Positions 51,088 to 59,478 of a stretch of 59,572 nucleotides of DNA are shown here, one piece after another. The stretch is from positions 1 to 59,572 of the forward strand of contig JAZDLX010000131.1 in the NCBI GenBank assembly GCA_043801585.1. Direction: 5' to 3'. The DNA comes from a bacterium. Lineage in GTDB: Bacteria; Electryoneota; Electryoneia; Electryoneales; Electryoneaceae. Both the position numbers and the translations under genes were made by a program. Every line of letters starts with the position of its first letter. The stretch's first letter is position 1. Below the pieces are notes generated by a model. It was not told the origin of the DNA. It saw only the letters and a program-made list of their open reading frames with translations, and made no database searches.

Positions 51088-52472
51088 ACCATCTGCGTCG
51101 AAAAATCGGAAGTATCCATTTCGTCGGCATCGGCGGAATCGGGATGAGCGGACTGGCGGAGATCCTGGTTCGACAGGGCTTCACCGTCACCGGATCCGAT
51201 CTCGCTTCGTCGTCCGTCACCGATCACCTGGTGGAGATCGGCGTAACGGTGCAGGTGGGACACAAGGCTGAGAATGTCGGCTCGGCGAAAGCGGTGGTGT
51301 ATTCGAGCGCGGTATCGCAGGACAATCCGGAACTGGTGGCAGCTCGTGAAAAGGGTATTCCGGTGATCCGCCGCGCGGAAATGCTCGCCGAGTTGATGAG
51401 GATCAAACGCGGCATCGCTGTGGCGGGAACGCACGGCAAAACGACGACGACCTCACTGGTCGGCACGGTGCTCACGGAAGCGGGACTCGATCCAACGGTG
51501 ATTGTTGGCGGAGTCGTCCGTGGACTGGGCACCAACGCCCGAATGGGCGAGGGAGAATTACTGGTCGCCGAAGCGGACGAATACGACAGAAGCTTTCTGA
51601 AACTGACGCCGACACTTGCCGTAATCACCAACGTCGAGGCGGAACACCTTGACACCTACGGCACGTTTGAAGAGTTGAAAGAAGCATTCGTCCATTTCGC
51701 CAATTCAGTCCCGTTCTACGGAGCGGTGATCGTCTGCATTGACGACCCGGGACTCGTCAGCCTGCTCCCCAGGTTTGAGCGGCCGATCATTACCTACGGA
51801 ATGAGCCCCCAGGCCGATTTGCGCGCAGTGGACGTGGACGTGGGTGCCACCGCATCCTGCACCGTGATCGCCGGCGAACAGGAGTTGGGACGGTTGGAAC
51901 TTCCCATCACCGGGACTCACAACCTGCGCAATGCCCTCGCCGCGGTGGCGGTGGCGCGGGAATTTGACATTCCCTTCGAGGATGTAGTCAAGGCGTTGAA
52001 GGGGTTTTCCGGCGTCCGCCGCCGCTTCGAAGTGCGCGGGGAAGAGAAGGGTGTGCTGGTGGTGGACGATTACGCCCACCATCCCACGGAGGTTCGCGCC
52101 ACACTTTCTGCGGCGAGAAGGGCGCATGATCGCAAGGTGATCGCGGTGTTTCAACCGCACCTCTTCAGTCGTACGCGCGCCTTTGGAAAGCAGTTCGCCC
52201 AGGAGTTGCTTGAGGCGGATGAAGTTTTCATCACGGATATCTATCCCGCACGCGAGCAGCCTATCGTCGGCGTGACGGCGGAAACGATTGTCAATGAGGC
52301 GAGGGAATTCGGACATAAAGCGGTGCACTACGTCCCGAAACGAAGTGATCTCGCCGCGGAAATTGAGAAGGTGCTCGAAGGCGGCGAGTTGGTGATCACT
52401 CTTGGCGCGGGGGACATCTACAAAACCTCGGACGAGTTGCTCGCCCATTTGCGTGGTGAGGAGTCGAAGTGA
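51084..52472 (+). CDS. murC: MurC
   Basis: GIGGIGMS, GTHGKTTT, EADE, DDYAHHP, FQPH. Confidence 0.97.
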   Translation: MNHLRRKIGSIHFVGIGGIGMSGLAEILVRQGFTVTGSDLASSSVTDHLVEIGVTVQVGHKAENVGSAKAVVYSSAVSQDNPELVAAREKGIPVIRRAEMLAELMRIKRGIAVAGTHGKTTTTSLVGTVLTEAGLDPTVIVGGVVRGLGTNARMGEGELLVAEADEYDRSFLKLTPTLAVITNVEAEHLDTYGTFEELKEAFVHFANSVPFYGAVIVCIDDPGLVSLLPRFERPIITYGMSPQADLRAVDVDVGATASCTVIAGEQELGRLELPITGTHNLRNALAAVAVAREFDIPFEDVVKALKGFSGVRRRFEVRGEEKGVLVVDDYAHHPTEVRATLSAARRAHDRKVIAVFQPHLFSRTRAFGKQFAQELLEADEVFITDIYPAREQPIVGVTAETIVNEAREFGHKAVHYVPKRSDLAAEIEKVLEGGELVITLGAGDIYKTSDELLAHLRGEESK

Positions 52473-53398
52473 ACCGTTCCGGTCTCGAAAAGGAGCTGCG
52501 TTCGATCGCCGATGCAAGGGTTGAGTCGGGGCACGTTCTCGCGCCCCACACATCCTATCGCATCGGAGGTCCGGCGGTGATCTGGGTCGAACCGGATACG
52601 GAGGAAGCCGTCGGAAGAGTGTTGAAAGTGGTTCATGCTTCGGATGAGAAGCTCTTCGTCCTCGGTGGCGGGAGCAATGTCCTGATCTCTGACGAGGGGT
52701 GGGATGGAGTCGTCCTGCACATCGGTCGCAATCTCTCCGGATGGGAGTTCACGGACACCAGGGCAACCGTTCTCGCCGGGACCGTGCTGCTCGACTTCAT
52801 TCGAGAATCTGTCAGCAGAGGTTTGGCGGGGATGGAGTTGATGGCGGGCATTCCCGGGAGCGTTGGCGGGGGACTGCGTATGAACGCGGGCGCATTCGGG
52901 CAGGAAGTGGAATCCACGGTCCGAGAGGTTCGGGGTTTTCTCACGAATGGAGAACCGGTCGTCTATGCCCGCGAGGCGATCGATTTCGGATATCGCAACG
53001 CCCCAGAGCTGGAGCGGGTGGTTGTCACATCGGCGACCTTCGAATTTACGGAGCAGGATACAACTGTCCTCGCGGACAGGGTCCAGGACATCCTCGAGCT
53101 TCGCGCGGAGAAGCAGCCGTTGGAATATCCCTCCTGTGGGAGTGTGTTCAAACGGCCTCCCGGATACTACGCCGGCGCGCTGATCGAAGAGGTGGGATTC
53201 AAGGGCAGACGTCATGGCAAGGCCCAGGTGAGCGAAAAACATGCGGGATTCATTCTGAACACCGGCGGCGCTACGGCTCGAGAGGTGCTCGAGTTAATGG
53301 AGATGGTCGCTGCAACAGTCAGGGAACGGTTTGGTGTCGAACTGGAGCGTGAAGTGAAGTTGATCGGATTCAGCGAGACGGTAAATGGCGACTCGTAA
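52469..53398 (+). CDS. murB: MurB
   Basis: GGGSN, IPGSVGG..MNAGAFG, GSVFK, KHAGF. Confidence 0.96.
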   Translation: MNRSGLEKELRSIADARVESGHVLAPHTSYRIGGPAVIWVEPDTEEAVGRVLKVVHASDEKLFVLGGGSNVLISDEGWDGVVLHIGRNLSGWEFTDTRATVLAGTVLLDFIRESVSRGLAGMELMAGIPGSVGGGLRMNAGAFGQEVESTVREVRGFLTNGEPVVYAREAIDFGYRNAPELERVVVTSATFEFTEQDTTVLADRVQDILELRAEKQPLEYPSCGSVFKRPPGYYAGALIEEVGFKGRRHGKAQVSEKHAGFILNTGGATAREVLELMEMVAATVRERFGVELEREVKLIGFSETVNGDS

Positions 53399-54416
53399 GG
53401 TCATTCGCAAGCGCAAGGGCGGCATGGTGGCGCCATTGTCGAATCCACACGGACGAGGGCGTGTGGTGAGCGCACCGAAGAAGCGCAAGATCGGGCGCAA
53501 GATCCTGGCGCTGCTGCTGCTCGCTCTCGCTGTTCGTTGGGCATGGGTGAGCCTCGATCTCGGCAAGCACCTGACGCTTCCCTATGGACGGGCCGTTCCC
53601 GTGGACAGCGTTCATAAAGTGGCTGCCGATTCGAGTCGCATGCATTTAGATCCGGATGCCGCATCGGAAGCTGTCGATATCGATTCAACGGCGGCAACCG
53701 TTTCAGAGAACCCGGTCCAGGAAAAGAAAACGCCGGGAGCGATTTCCCAGGCACAGGATTGGGCGAAAAAACAGATCAATAAGGTTTTTATCGTTCGTGA
53801 GATAAAGCTTCAGGGAACACTGAGTATCCCCAAAGACACGCTGCTCGCAATGCTGGGGGATGTTCAGGAGAAGCCGATGCTCGAGCTCGATCTTTTCGGT
53901 CTCGCGAAGGCGATCCGTTCTCACCCCCGGGTCAAACGGGTGGAACTGCTGCGGCGGCTTCCCGGCACTCTTGAGGTGCGTGTCACCGAACGCCGTGAAT
54001 TGGCAGTCATCGCCACCAGCGGGGGATTGCAGGGTGTGGATGAAATGGGGGTGGTGGTTTCTCCGCCTGCGTTGGGATGGCCGATGGACGTCCCGGTGAT
54101 CACTGGATTCCGTCAGGCTCTCGAGGTCGGCGATACACTTCAGTCTCAGAATCTGATGATGGCGCTGGCATGGATACGCAAGGCGGAACGCGAGCCGAGA
54201 GTTCAGTACTGGTTGAGTGAAGTCCATGTGAATCGGGAAGGGGTTGAATGGATTTCCGGCGCCAACGGGTGGCGGGTACGTCCCGGTGTTCATGCCATCG
54301 GTGCGCAGGTGGCGGCGCTGAATGTTTATCTCGGTCAGCAAAGCCAGGAGAACCGTGTGAGGCGGACGCTGGACCTCCGGTTCCCGGGATTTCTGATCGT
54401 CAGACAAGGATCATAA
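53385..54416 (+). CDS. ftsQ: FtsQ/DivIB
   Basis: Basic tail, TM, POTRA (HPRVKRV..LPGTLEV.V.ER), DLRF. Confidence 0.88.
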   Translation: MATRKVIRKRKGGMVAPLSNPHGRGRVVSAPKKRKIGRKILALLLLALAVRWAWVSLDLGKHLTLPYGRAVPVDSVHKVAADSSRMHLDPDAASEAVDIDSTAATVSENPVQEKKTPGAISQAQDWAKKQINKVFIVREIKLQGTLSIPKDTLLAMLGDVQEKPMLELDLFGLAKAIRSHPRVKRVELLRRLPGTLEVRVTERRELAVIATSGGLQGVDEMGVVVSPPALGWPMDVPVITGFRQALEVGDTLQSQNLMMALAWIRKAEREPRVQYWLSEVHVNREGVEWISGANGWRVRPGVHAIGAQVAALNVYLGQQSQENRVRRTLDLRFPGFLIVRQGS

Positions 54417-54467
54417 CCCGTTCCGTTGCGGGAACACCGTGGCGAACGGTTTCAGGAGGATGACGCA

Positions 54468-55718
54468 ATGGCGTCACGAGATATGCTCGTTGGGCTTGAT
54501 CTGGGAACGACGAAAGTCACCACCATCATCGCGGAGGTGGATGACACCGGTACTGCCAATGTCGTCGGAGTGGGCTTGTGCGCCGCTCAGGGGATGCAGC
54601 GCGGCGTTGTGATCAACATCGACAAAACGGTTGAGGCGATCAAACGCAGCGTCGAGGAAGCGGAGAGAATGGCGGGAGTTCAGGTCACCGGCGTCATCGC
54701 GGGGATCGCGGGGGATCACATCCGTTCGATCAACAGTAAGGGTGTGATTGCCATCAGTCGTTCTTCATCCCGTGACCGCACGGGAGAGATCACCCAGGCG
54801 GATGTCGACCGCGTTATCGAGGCTGCCAAGGCGGTCAATCTCCCGATGGATCGCGAGGTTCTCCACGTGCTTCCCCAGGAGTTCGCGGTCGATGACCAGA
54901 AACACATCAAGGAACCGATCGGAATGGCGGGTGTCCGTCTCGAGGCGGACGTTCACATCATCACCGGAGCGGTGGCGAGCGCCCAGAACATCTACCGCTG
55001 TGTCGAGCGCGCCGGGATGGAGGTGCGCGACCTGGTGCTCGAACCTCTCGCCTCGAGTTATGCCGTGCTTACGCCGGATGAAAAGGAGCTGGGGGTCGGT
55101 CTGATCGACATCGGCGGTGGAACGACGGACATCGCAATTTTCCACGAGGGAGCCATCCGCCAGACGACGGTTATCGGTCTTGGCGGTGAAAACGTCACCA
55201 AGGATCTCGGTCTCGGCCTGCGCACCCCCTTCGAGCACGCGGAACGGATCAAGGTCGAGCACGGACACTGTTACATCCCAACCCTCGATGAGAAGCAGGA
55301 GGTGGAAATCCCCGGGATCGGCGGTCGCGCGGCGCGGCATGTTTCGCGCAGACTGATCGCGGACATCATCCAGCCGCGGATGGAGGAGATTTTCGAACTC
55401 TCCATGGCCGAAATCCGCAAGGCGGGCGTCTGGGACATGCTCACCAGCGGAATCGTCCTCACCGGCGGCGCCTCGCAAATCGAGGGTGCGGCCGAGTTGG
55501 GCGAACAGATTTTTGACATTCCGGTTAAGGTGGGGTACCCCACGGGATTGGGCGGATTGATGGAATCCGCGCGCAATCCAATTTATTCAACAGGTGTTGG
55601 TCTGGTTCTCTACGGAACGATGGCGGGCGAACATCTGGATACCCTGAAGGGAGATGAGTCAAGAGTTTTCTCGAAAATACTCAGGAGGATGAAGGCATGG
55701 TTCGACGAATTTTTTTAA
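54468..55718 (+). CDS. ftsA: FtsA
   Basis: GLDLGTTK, DIGGGTT, LTGG, amphipathic tail MKAWFDEFF; AGGAGG SD. Confidence 0.97.
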   Translation: MASRDMLVGLDLGTTKVTTIIAEVDDTGTANVVGVGLCAAQGMQRGVVINIDKTVEAIKRSVEEAERMAGVQVTGVIAGIAGDHIRSINSKGVIAISRSSSRDRTGEITQADVDRVIEAAKAVNLPMDREVLHVLPQEFAVDDQKHIKEPIGMAGVRLEADVHIITGAVASAQNIYRCVERAGMEVRDLVLEPLASSYAVLTPDEKELGVGLIDIGGGTTDIAIFHEGAIRQTTVIGLGGENVTKDLGLGLRTPFEHAERIKVEHGHCYIPTLDEKQEVEIPGIGGRAARHVSRRLIADIIQPRMEEIFELSMAEIRKAGVWDMLTSGIVLTGGASQIEGAAELGEQIFDIPVKVGYPTGLGGLMESARNPIYSTGVGLVLYGTMAGEHLDTLKGDESRVFSKILRRMKAWFDEFF

Positions 55719-57457
55719 ACCCGGACACGCCCGGTGGTGGGGAGGAGCTGCCGAAGCGTCCACGCACGGTGCGGGAGATCATTGAGAGTTCCCCGGACCG
55801 GGCGTCCAAATCCCCTCCCGGTAACGATGTTCAGGAACCTGAAGAGATCCAGGGGAAACTCCGTTTCCTGATCGAAGACCGGATGCCGGATGTCCGTACG
55901 GACACGCCGAAGACCTATGCACGCCTCGTTGAAGAGATGATGGAAGAGGAGGAGGTGCTCCAGGCTCCGGTGGATTTCGGTGATTCCGGAGTTCTGGATC
56001 TGTCGGGCGCGCCACGCGCTCTGGAAGATGAGAGGTTGTCGATGACAAGCCGCAGCGATGCACCACTCGACCGGCTGACACCCCCGGATCTGGGGCCCGA
56101 AGAACCCGCCGAGGATGATGAAACGGAAGAGAAGAAAGCGGCCGAGAAGGAGGAAGAGTCTATGAGCGGCAAGAAACAGGACAACGCGCTGCGCTTTGGC
56201 TTCCAGGAGGAACAGAGAGCGCGGCTGAATGTGATTGGAATCGGCGGTGCGGGTTCGAACGCCGTGGAAAACATGATCTTAAGCAAACTCACGGGAGTTG
56301 AATTTGTCGCTGTCAACACCGATTTACAGGCACTCGACAAGAGCAGCGCCCAGCGGAAAATTCAGATCGGGCGCGAATTGACACGCGGTCTCGGCGCGGG
56401 CGGGAATCCGGAGATCGGACGCAAATCCGCCGAGGAGGACATCCAGGAGATCAAGCAGCTCCTCAATGATACCGACATGGCCTTCGTCACCTGCGGCATG
56501 GGCGGTGGCACTGGTACCGGTGCTGCGCCGATCATCGCCCAGGTGGCGCGCGATCTCGGAATCCTCACGGTTGGAATCGTGACCAAACCCTTCACCTTCG
56601 AGGGGAAGCGCCGCACCCTCCGCGCCATCGAGGGAACTTCCGAGTTGAAGCTTTGTGTCGATACCCTGATCGTGATTCCCAACGACAAGCTGATCAAGAT
56701 CGCGGACAAGAACACGACCCTGCTCGACAGCTTCCGCATGGCGGACAATGTGCTCTACCAGGCGACCAAGGGAATCAGCGACATCATCAACACCCAGGGG
56801 TACATCAACGTGGACTTCGCCGATGTCAAGAGCGTGATGCGCAACGGCGGCGATGCGTTAATGGGAATCGGTGTCGGCGAAGGAGAGGACCGTGCGATTC
56901 AGGCGGCGGATATGGCGATCTCCAGTCCGCTGCTCGACAACATGAGCATCGAGGGCGCGCAGGGGTTGCTGATCAACATCACCGCAGGCTCCAACGTTGG
57001 CATGCTCGAGTTGCAGGCGGCTGTTACCCACATCACCGAGCAGGCGGGCAACGACTCCGAGGTGATCTTCGGCTTCGTCACCGACGATACGATGGACGAC
57101 AAGGTGATGGTCACCGTCATCGCCACCGGATTCAACGTGGATGAGGATCAGGCGCCGATGCGGGTCGCCGAGGAGCGGATGCAGCCTCAGGTGCAGGAAG
57201 CCTCAGGCCGTACCGTGACTCGAATCACCTCCGTGCGCGGTGCGATGAACGGCGGCAACGGCAAGGCCAACGGAAAAGGTCATGCGAACGGGAACGGCAA
57301 TGCCAACGGCAACGGTTCCGCCGAACTGCGCAAGGAGGATCTGATCGCAGTGAACGCGGAGTTGGACGAGATCATGGACAGCTACGTGGATCTGAAGAAC
57401 ATGAATGACCGGGACTTGCCCGCATTCCTCCGGCGTCATCGGTCGGGCGGCAAGTGA
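55697..57457 (+). CDS. ftsZ: FtsZ; long form from 55697, canonical-length form from 56162
   Basis: GGAGSN, GGGTGTG, NVDFAD, DLPAFLRR; both ATGs are preceded by AGGAGG at 8-nt spacing. Confidence 0.95.
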   Translation: MVRRIFLNPDTPGGGEELPKRPRTVREIIESSPDRASKSPPGNDVQEPEEIQGKLRFLIEDRMPDVRTDTPKTYARLVEEMMEEEEVLQAPVDFGDSGVLDLSGAPRALEDERLSMTSRSDAPLDRLTPPDLGPEEPAEDDETEEKKAAEKEEESMSGKKQDNALRFGFQEEQRARLNVIGIGGAGSNAVENMILSKLTGVEFVAVNTDLQALDKSSAQRKIQIGRELTRGLGAGGNPEIGRKSAEEDIQEIKQLLNDTDMAFVTCGMGGGTGTGAAPIIAQVARDLGILTVGIVTKPFTFEGKRRTLRAIEGTSELKLCVDTLIVIPNDKLIKIADKNTTLLDSFRMADNVLYQATKGISDIINTQGYINVDFADVKSVMRNGGDALMGIGVGEGEDRAIQAADMAISSPLLDNMSIEGAQGLLINITAGSNVGMLELQAAVTHITEQAGNDSEVIFGFVTDDTMDDKVMVTVIATGFNVDEDQAPMRVAEERMQPQVQEASGRTVTRITSVRGAMNGGNGKANGKGHANGNGNANGNGSAELRKEDLIAVNAELDEIMDSYVDLKNMNDRDLPAFLRRHRSGGK

Positions 57458-57470
57458 TCGGACCATGCCA

Positions 57471-57560
57471 GGTCCGCGTCCACGGTTCCTCCTGACCGGT
57501 CAGCGCGGGCCAGATACAGCAAAGGGATGGATCCTCCTCCAGGATCCATCCCTCTATTTC
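57471..57560 (+). ncRNA. Putative two-hairpin CCUCCU-loop small RNA, copy 1 (second hairpin may double as the operon terminator)
   Basis: Hairpin 57471-57511 with loop UCCUCCUG; 13-bp hairpin 57523-57553 topped by CCUCCUCC; pyrimidine tail. Confidence 0.55.
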
Positions 57561-57602
57561 TCTTAGGAATTGCTTGCACCCACCGCATTGTCTTCCTTCA
57601 GA

Positions 57603-57772
57603 GGGTGGCCCGGTCAGCTCACCTGTGCAGAGGTGTATGTTTTTGCACAGGTGAGTTGGCCGGGTCTCTCTTAACAGGGTGGTGCAGTTGTTCTATAGAT
57701 TTTAGTAGAAACCCGGCCATCTTTCCAGCGCTTGACAGCCAAGAACGCGCAGGAAAGCTGACCGGGCCACCC
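57603..57772. mobile_element. 170-bp REP/MITE-like insert with perfect 17-bp terminal inverted repeats
   Basis: gggtggcccggtcagct (57603-57619) / agctgaccgggccaccc (57756-57772). Confidence 0.6.
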
Positions 57773-57860
57773 CCAGCGTCCACGGTTCCTCCTGACCGGT
57801 CTGCGCGGGCCAGATACAGCAAGGGGATGGATCCTCCTCCAGGATCCATCCCTCATTTTC
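57772..57860 (+). ncRNA. Putative two-hairpin CCUCCU-loop small RNA, copy 2
   Basis: 57776-57854 equals 57476-57554 at 77/79 nt, exactly 300 bp apart. Confidence 0.5.
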
Positions 57861-57898
57861 GAACGTGTAGCCCGGGACCCCCGCGTCCCGGGTCAATT

Positions 57899-58738
57899 CT
57901 ATTTCATCAACACGACCTTCTTCGCCTGATTCATTTTTCCAAGTATAGAAGCATGCACAAAGTAAACACCGCTCGCGAGGTGTGAACCGTCGAATATAAA
58001 TGTTCTATAACCGGCTTGAACTAGACCGTTCGACAACTCAGCTACTTGGCGCCCCATTACGTTGTAAACTACCAGCTGTAAATCCGCATTCTGTGGCAGC
58101 TTTACGGTAACATTTAAGCTCGGATTGAACGGGTTGGGATAGAGAGAAGTCATGGAAAACTCCATTGGGATACCCTTGAATTCTGAATCTGAAGTAGATA
58201 AAACCTGTACTGGAATCAGTGAAACATCATCAATAGCGAATTCAGCATTACTGCTTGTGGAATATCCGTGAAGTTGGAAATCGATTGATGCATTTCCACT
58301 TTCACTGAACACAATAATCCTCTCGACAAGATGCCATGATTCAGATTTGATGGGTCTTTCCCAACCATACGGAGTGCCGTTTAAAACGACCTGAGGATCA
58401 AGAATTGTTTCATCTGGAGTGTTAGTGTCCCGTGTGTCTTTTTCACGAATCCAGTAAGAAAATATGTAGGTCTTCCCAGCCTCTACTGGAATTGTGTAAC
58501 CGGCGGATTTGATACTGGCATCATAGTATCCTTGACCAGATGGAAAGCTAAATGCTACACAGTTAGATCCACCGTGAGCGTTAGCTGTTGAGGCACTCCA
58601 CCCTGATGAATATTGGTAGGCATCCCAATAGTTGAGCCCATCTTCAAATCCAGGATTTTGAATCAGATTCTGTGCCTGAACCTGTACTGGAATCAGTGAA
58701 ACGAGGACAGCAACAAATAGTAACCGATTAGAATTCAT
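57899..58738 (-). CDS. Secreted protein: CBM4/9-like domain + T9SS-type C-terminal sorting domain
   Basis: Signal peptide; NLIQNPGFE...IDDVSL; YPNPFNP...YNVMGRQV...ASGVYF...KKVVLMK. Visibly AT-richer than the core genes. Confidence 0.85.
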   Translation of the reverse strand: MNSNRLLFVAVLVSLIPVQVQAQNLIQNPGFEDGLNYWDAYQYSSGWSASTANAHGGSNCVAFSFPSGQGYYDASIKSAGYTIPVEAGKTYIFSYWIREKDTRDTNTPDETILDPQVVLNGTPYGWERPIKSESWHLVERIIVFSESGNASIDFQLHGYSTSSNAEFAIDDVSLIPVQVLSTSDSEFKGIPMEFSMTSLYPNPFNPSLNVTVKLPQNADLQLVVYNVMGRQVAELSNGLVQAGYRTFIFDGSHLASGVYFVHASILGKMNQAKKVVLMK

Positions 58739-58978
58739 GATATCCCCCTTTTTAGCATCAGAGGTGGAACCATTTTTCGACAGTTTCGTGAGATTTTAAG
58801 TGACGGATTCCACCCTCTTCATGCTACATGATCCTGTTGGTTTTGTCGGTACACCTGGTCGGGTCTCCGGTGTTTGAGTCCCTGGTTGGGGCGTTGTTCG
58901 TTGAAAAAGGTAAGATATTTTCCGGTTCTTTTCTCGAATCTGTGAAATTTATTTCATGCTGGCTCGGTTTTGCCATTC

Positions 58979-59181
58979 TGCCGAAAGGTACCTTTCGGCA
59001 CCCTCGAACATCTTTCGGCACCCGTACTTCTATCTATAAAAGAACTTACGGGACTGTGCCGAAAGGTTTCGGGCATTCACCCCCTTTAACACGTTTTTTT
59101 CAAAACATCCCTTTTTCCAAGGTGTATGAAAAAATCTTCTTATGTAGAGGAATATCTCTAAACCTTTCGACCCTTCGGCAC
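58979..59181. repeat. Mixed-orientation TGCCGAAAG/CTTTCGGCA repeats (iteron-like)
   Basis: Perfect palindrome 58979-59000; further copies at 59012, 59056, 59161 and 59172 in an AT-rich tract. Confidence 0.75.
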
Positions 59182-59226
59182 TACATCTATCTATCTTCTA
59201 TCTATTAGCCTAGTCCTGTAGCAGGC

Positions 59227-59290
59227 CTATTTCATCAATACAACCTTCTTTACCTCGTTCATCTTTCCGGGCACGGAGGCACGCACGAAA
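59227..59290 (-). pseudogene. 3' remnant of a second T9SS-CTD gene
   Basis: Encodes FVRASVPGKMNEVKKVVLMK*, versus FVHASILGKMNQAKKVVLMK* at 57899. In-frame TAA 7 codons upstream and no start. Confidence 0.75.
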
Positions 59291-59402
59291 TTCTTTGTTC
59301 CATCAGATCGTTAGCCAAGCGGTGACCTGACGGAAATGTGGTAGCAAGGTAAACCGGGGTCTCTGAATCCGGCTTCTTTATCCCCGGGGATGCTTTTTCT
59401 TG

Positions 59403-59447
59403 GTGGCAGGTCTCCGTAAGTCAGCTGACTGATTCACGACCTGCTAC
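59403..59447. repeat. GTGG/GTAG-type REP-like inverted pair
   Basis: gtggcaggtc ... gacctgctac. Confidence 0.55.
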
Positions 59448-59478
59448 AACGAGTATTTGTTCATTTCCCGGAACTCTT

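Noticed and set aside
57246..57316. GGCAAC-type tandem repeats in ftsZ
   Set aside because: They encode the low-complexity Asn/Gly C-terminal linker, which is normal for FtsZ.
57476..57854. CRISPR array
   Set aside because: Only two 79-nt units with a 221-nt spacer; no cas genes.
58824..59208. 126-aa (+) and 65-aa (-) ORFs across the repeat array
   Set aside because: No RBS or recognisable domain; composition reflects the non-coding repeats.
59320..59400. c-di-GMP riboswitch-like GGTAAACC segment
   Set aside because: The GNRA tetraloop and GCAAA receptor arrangement are absent.
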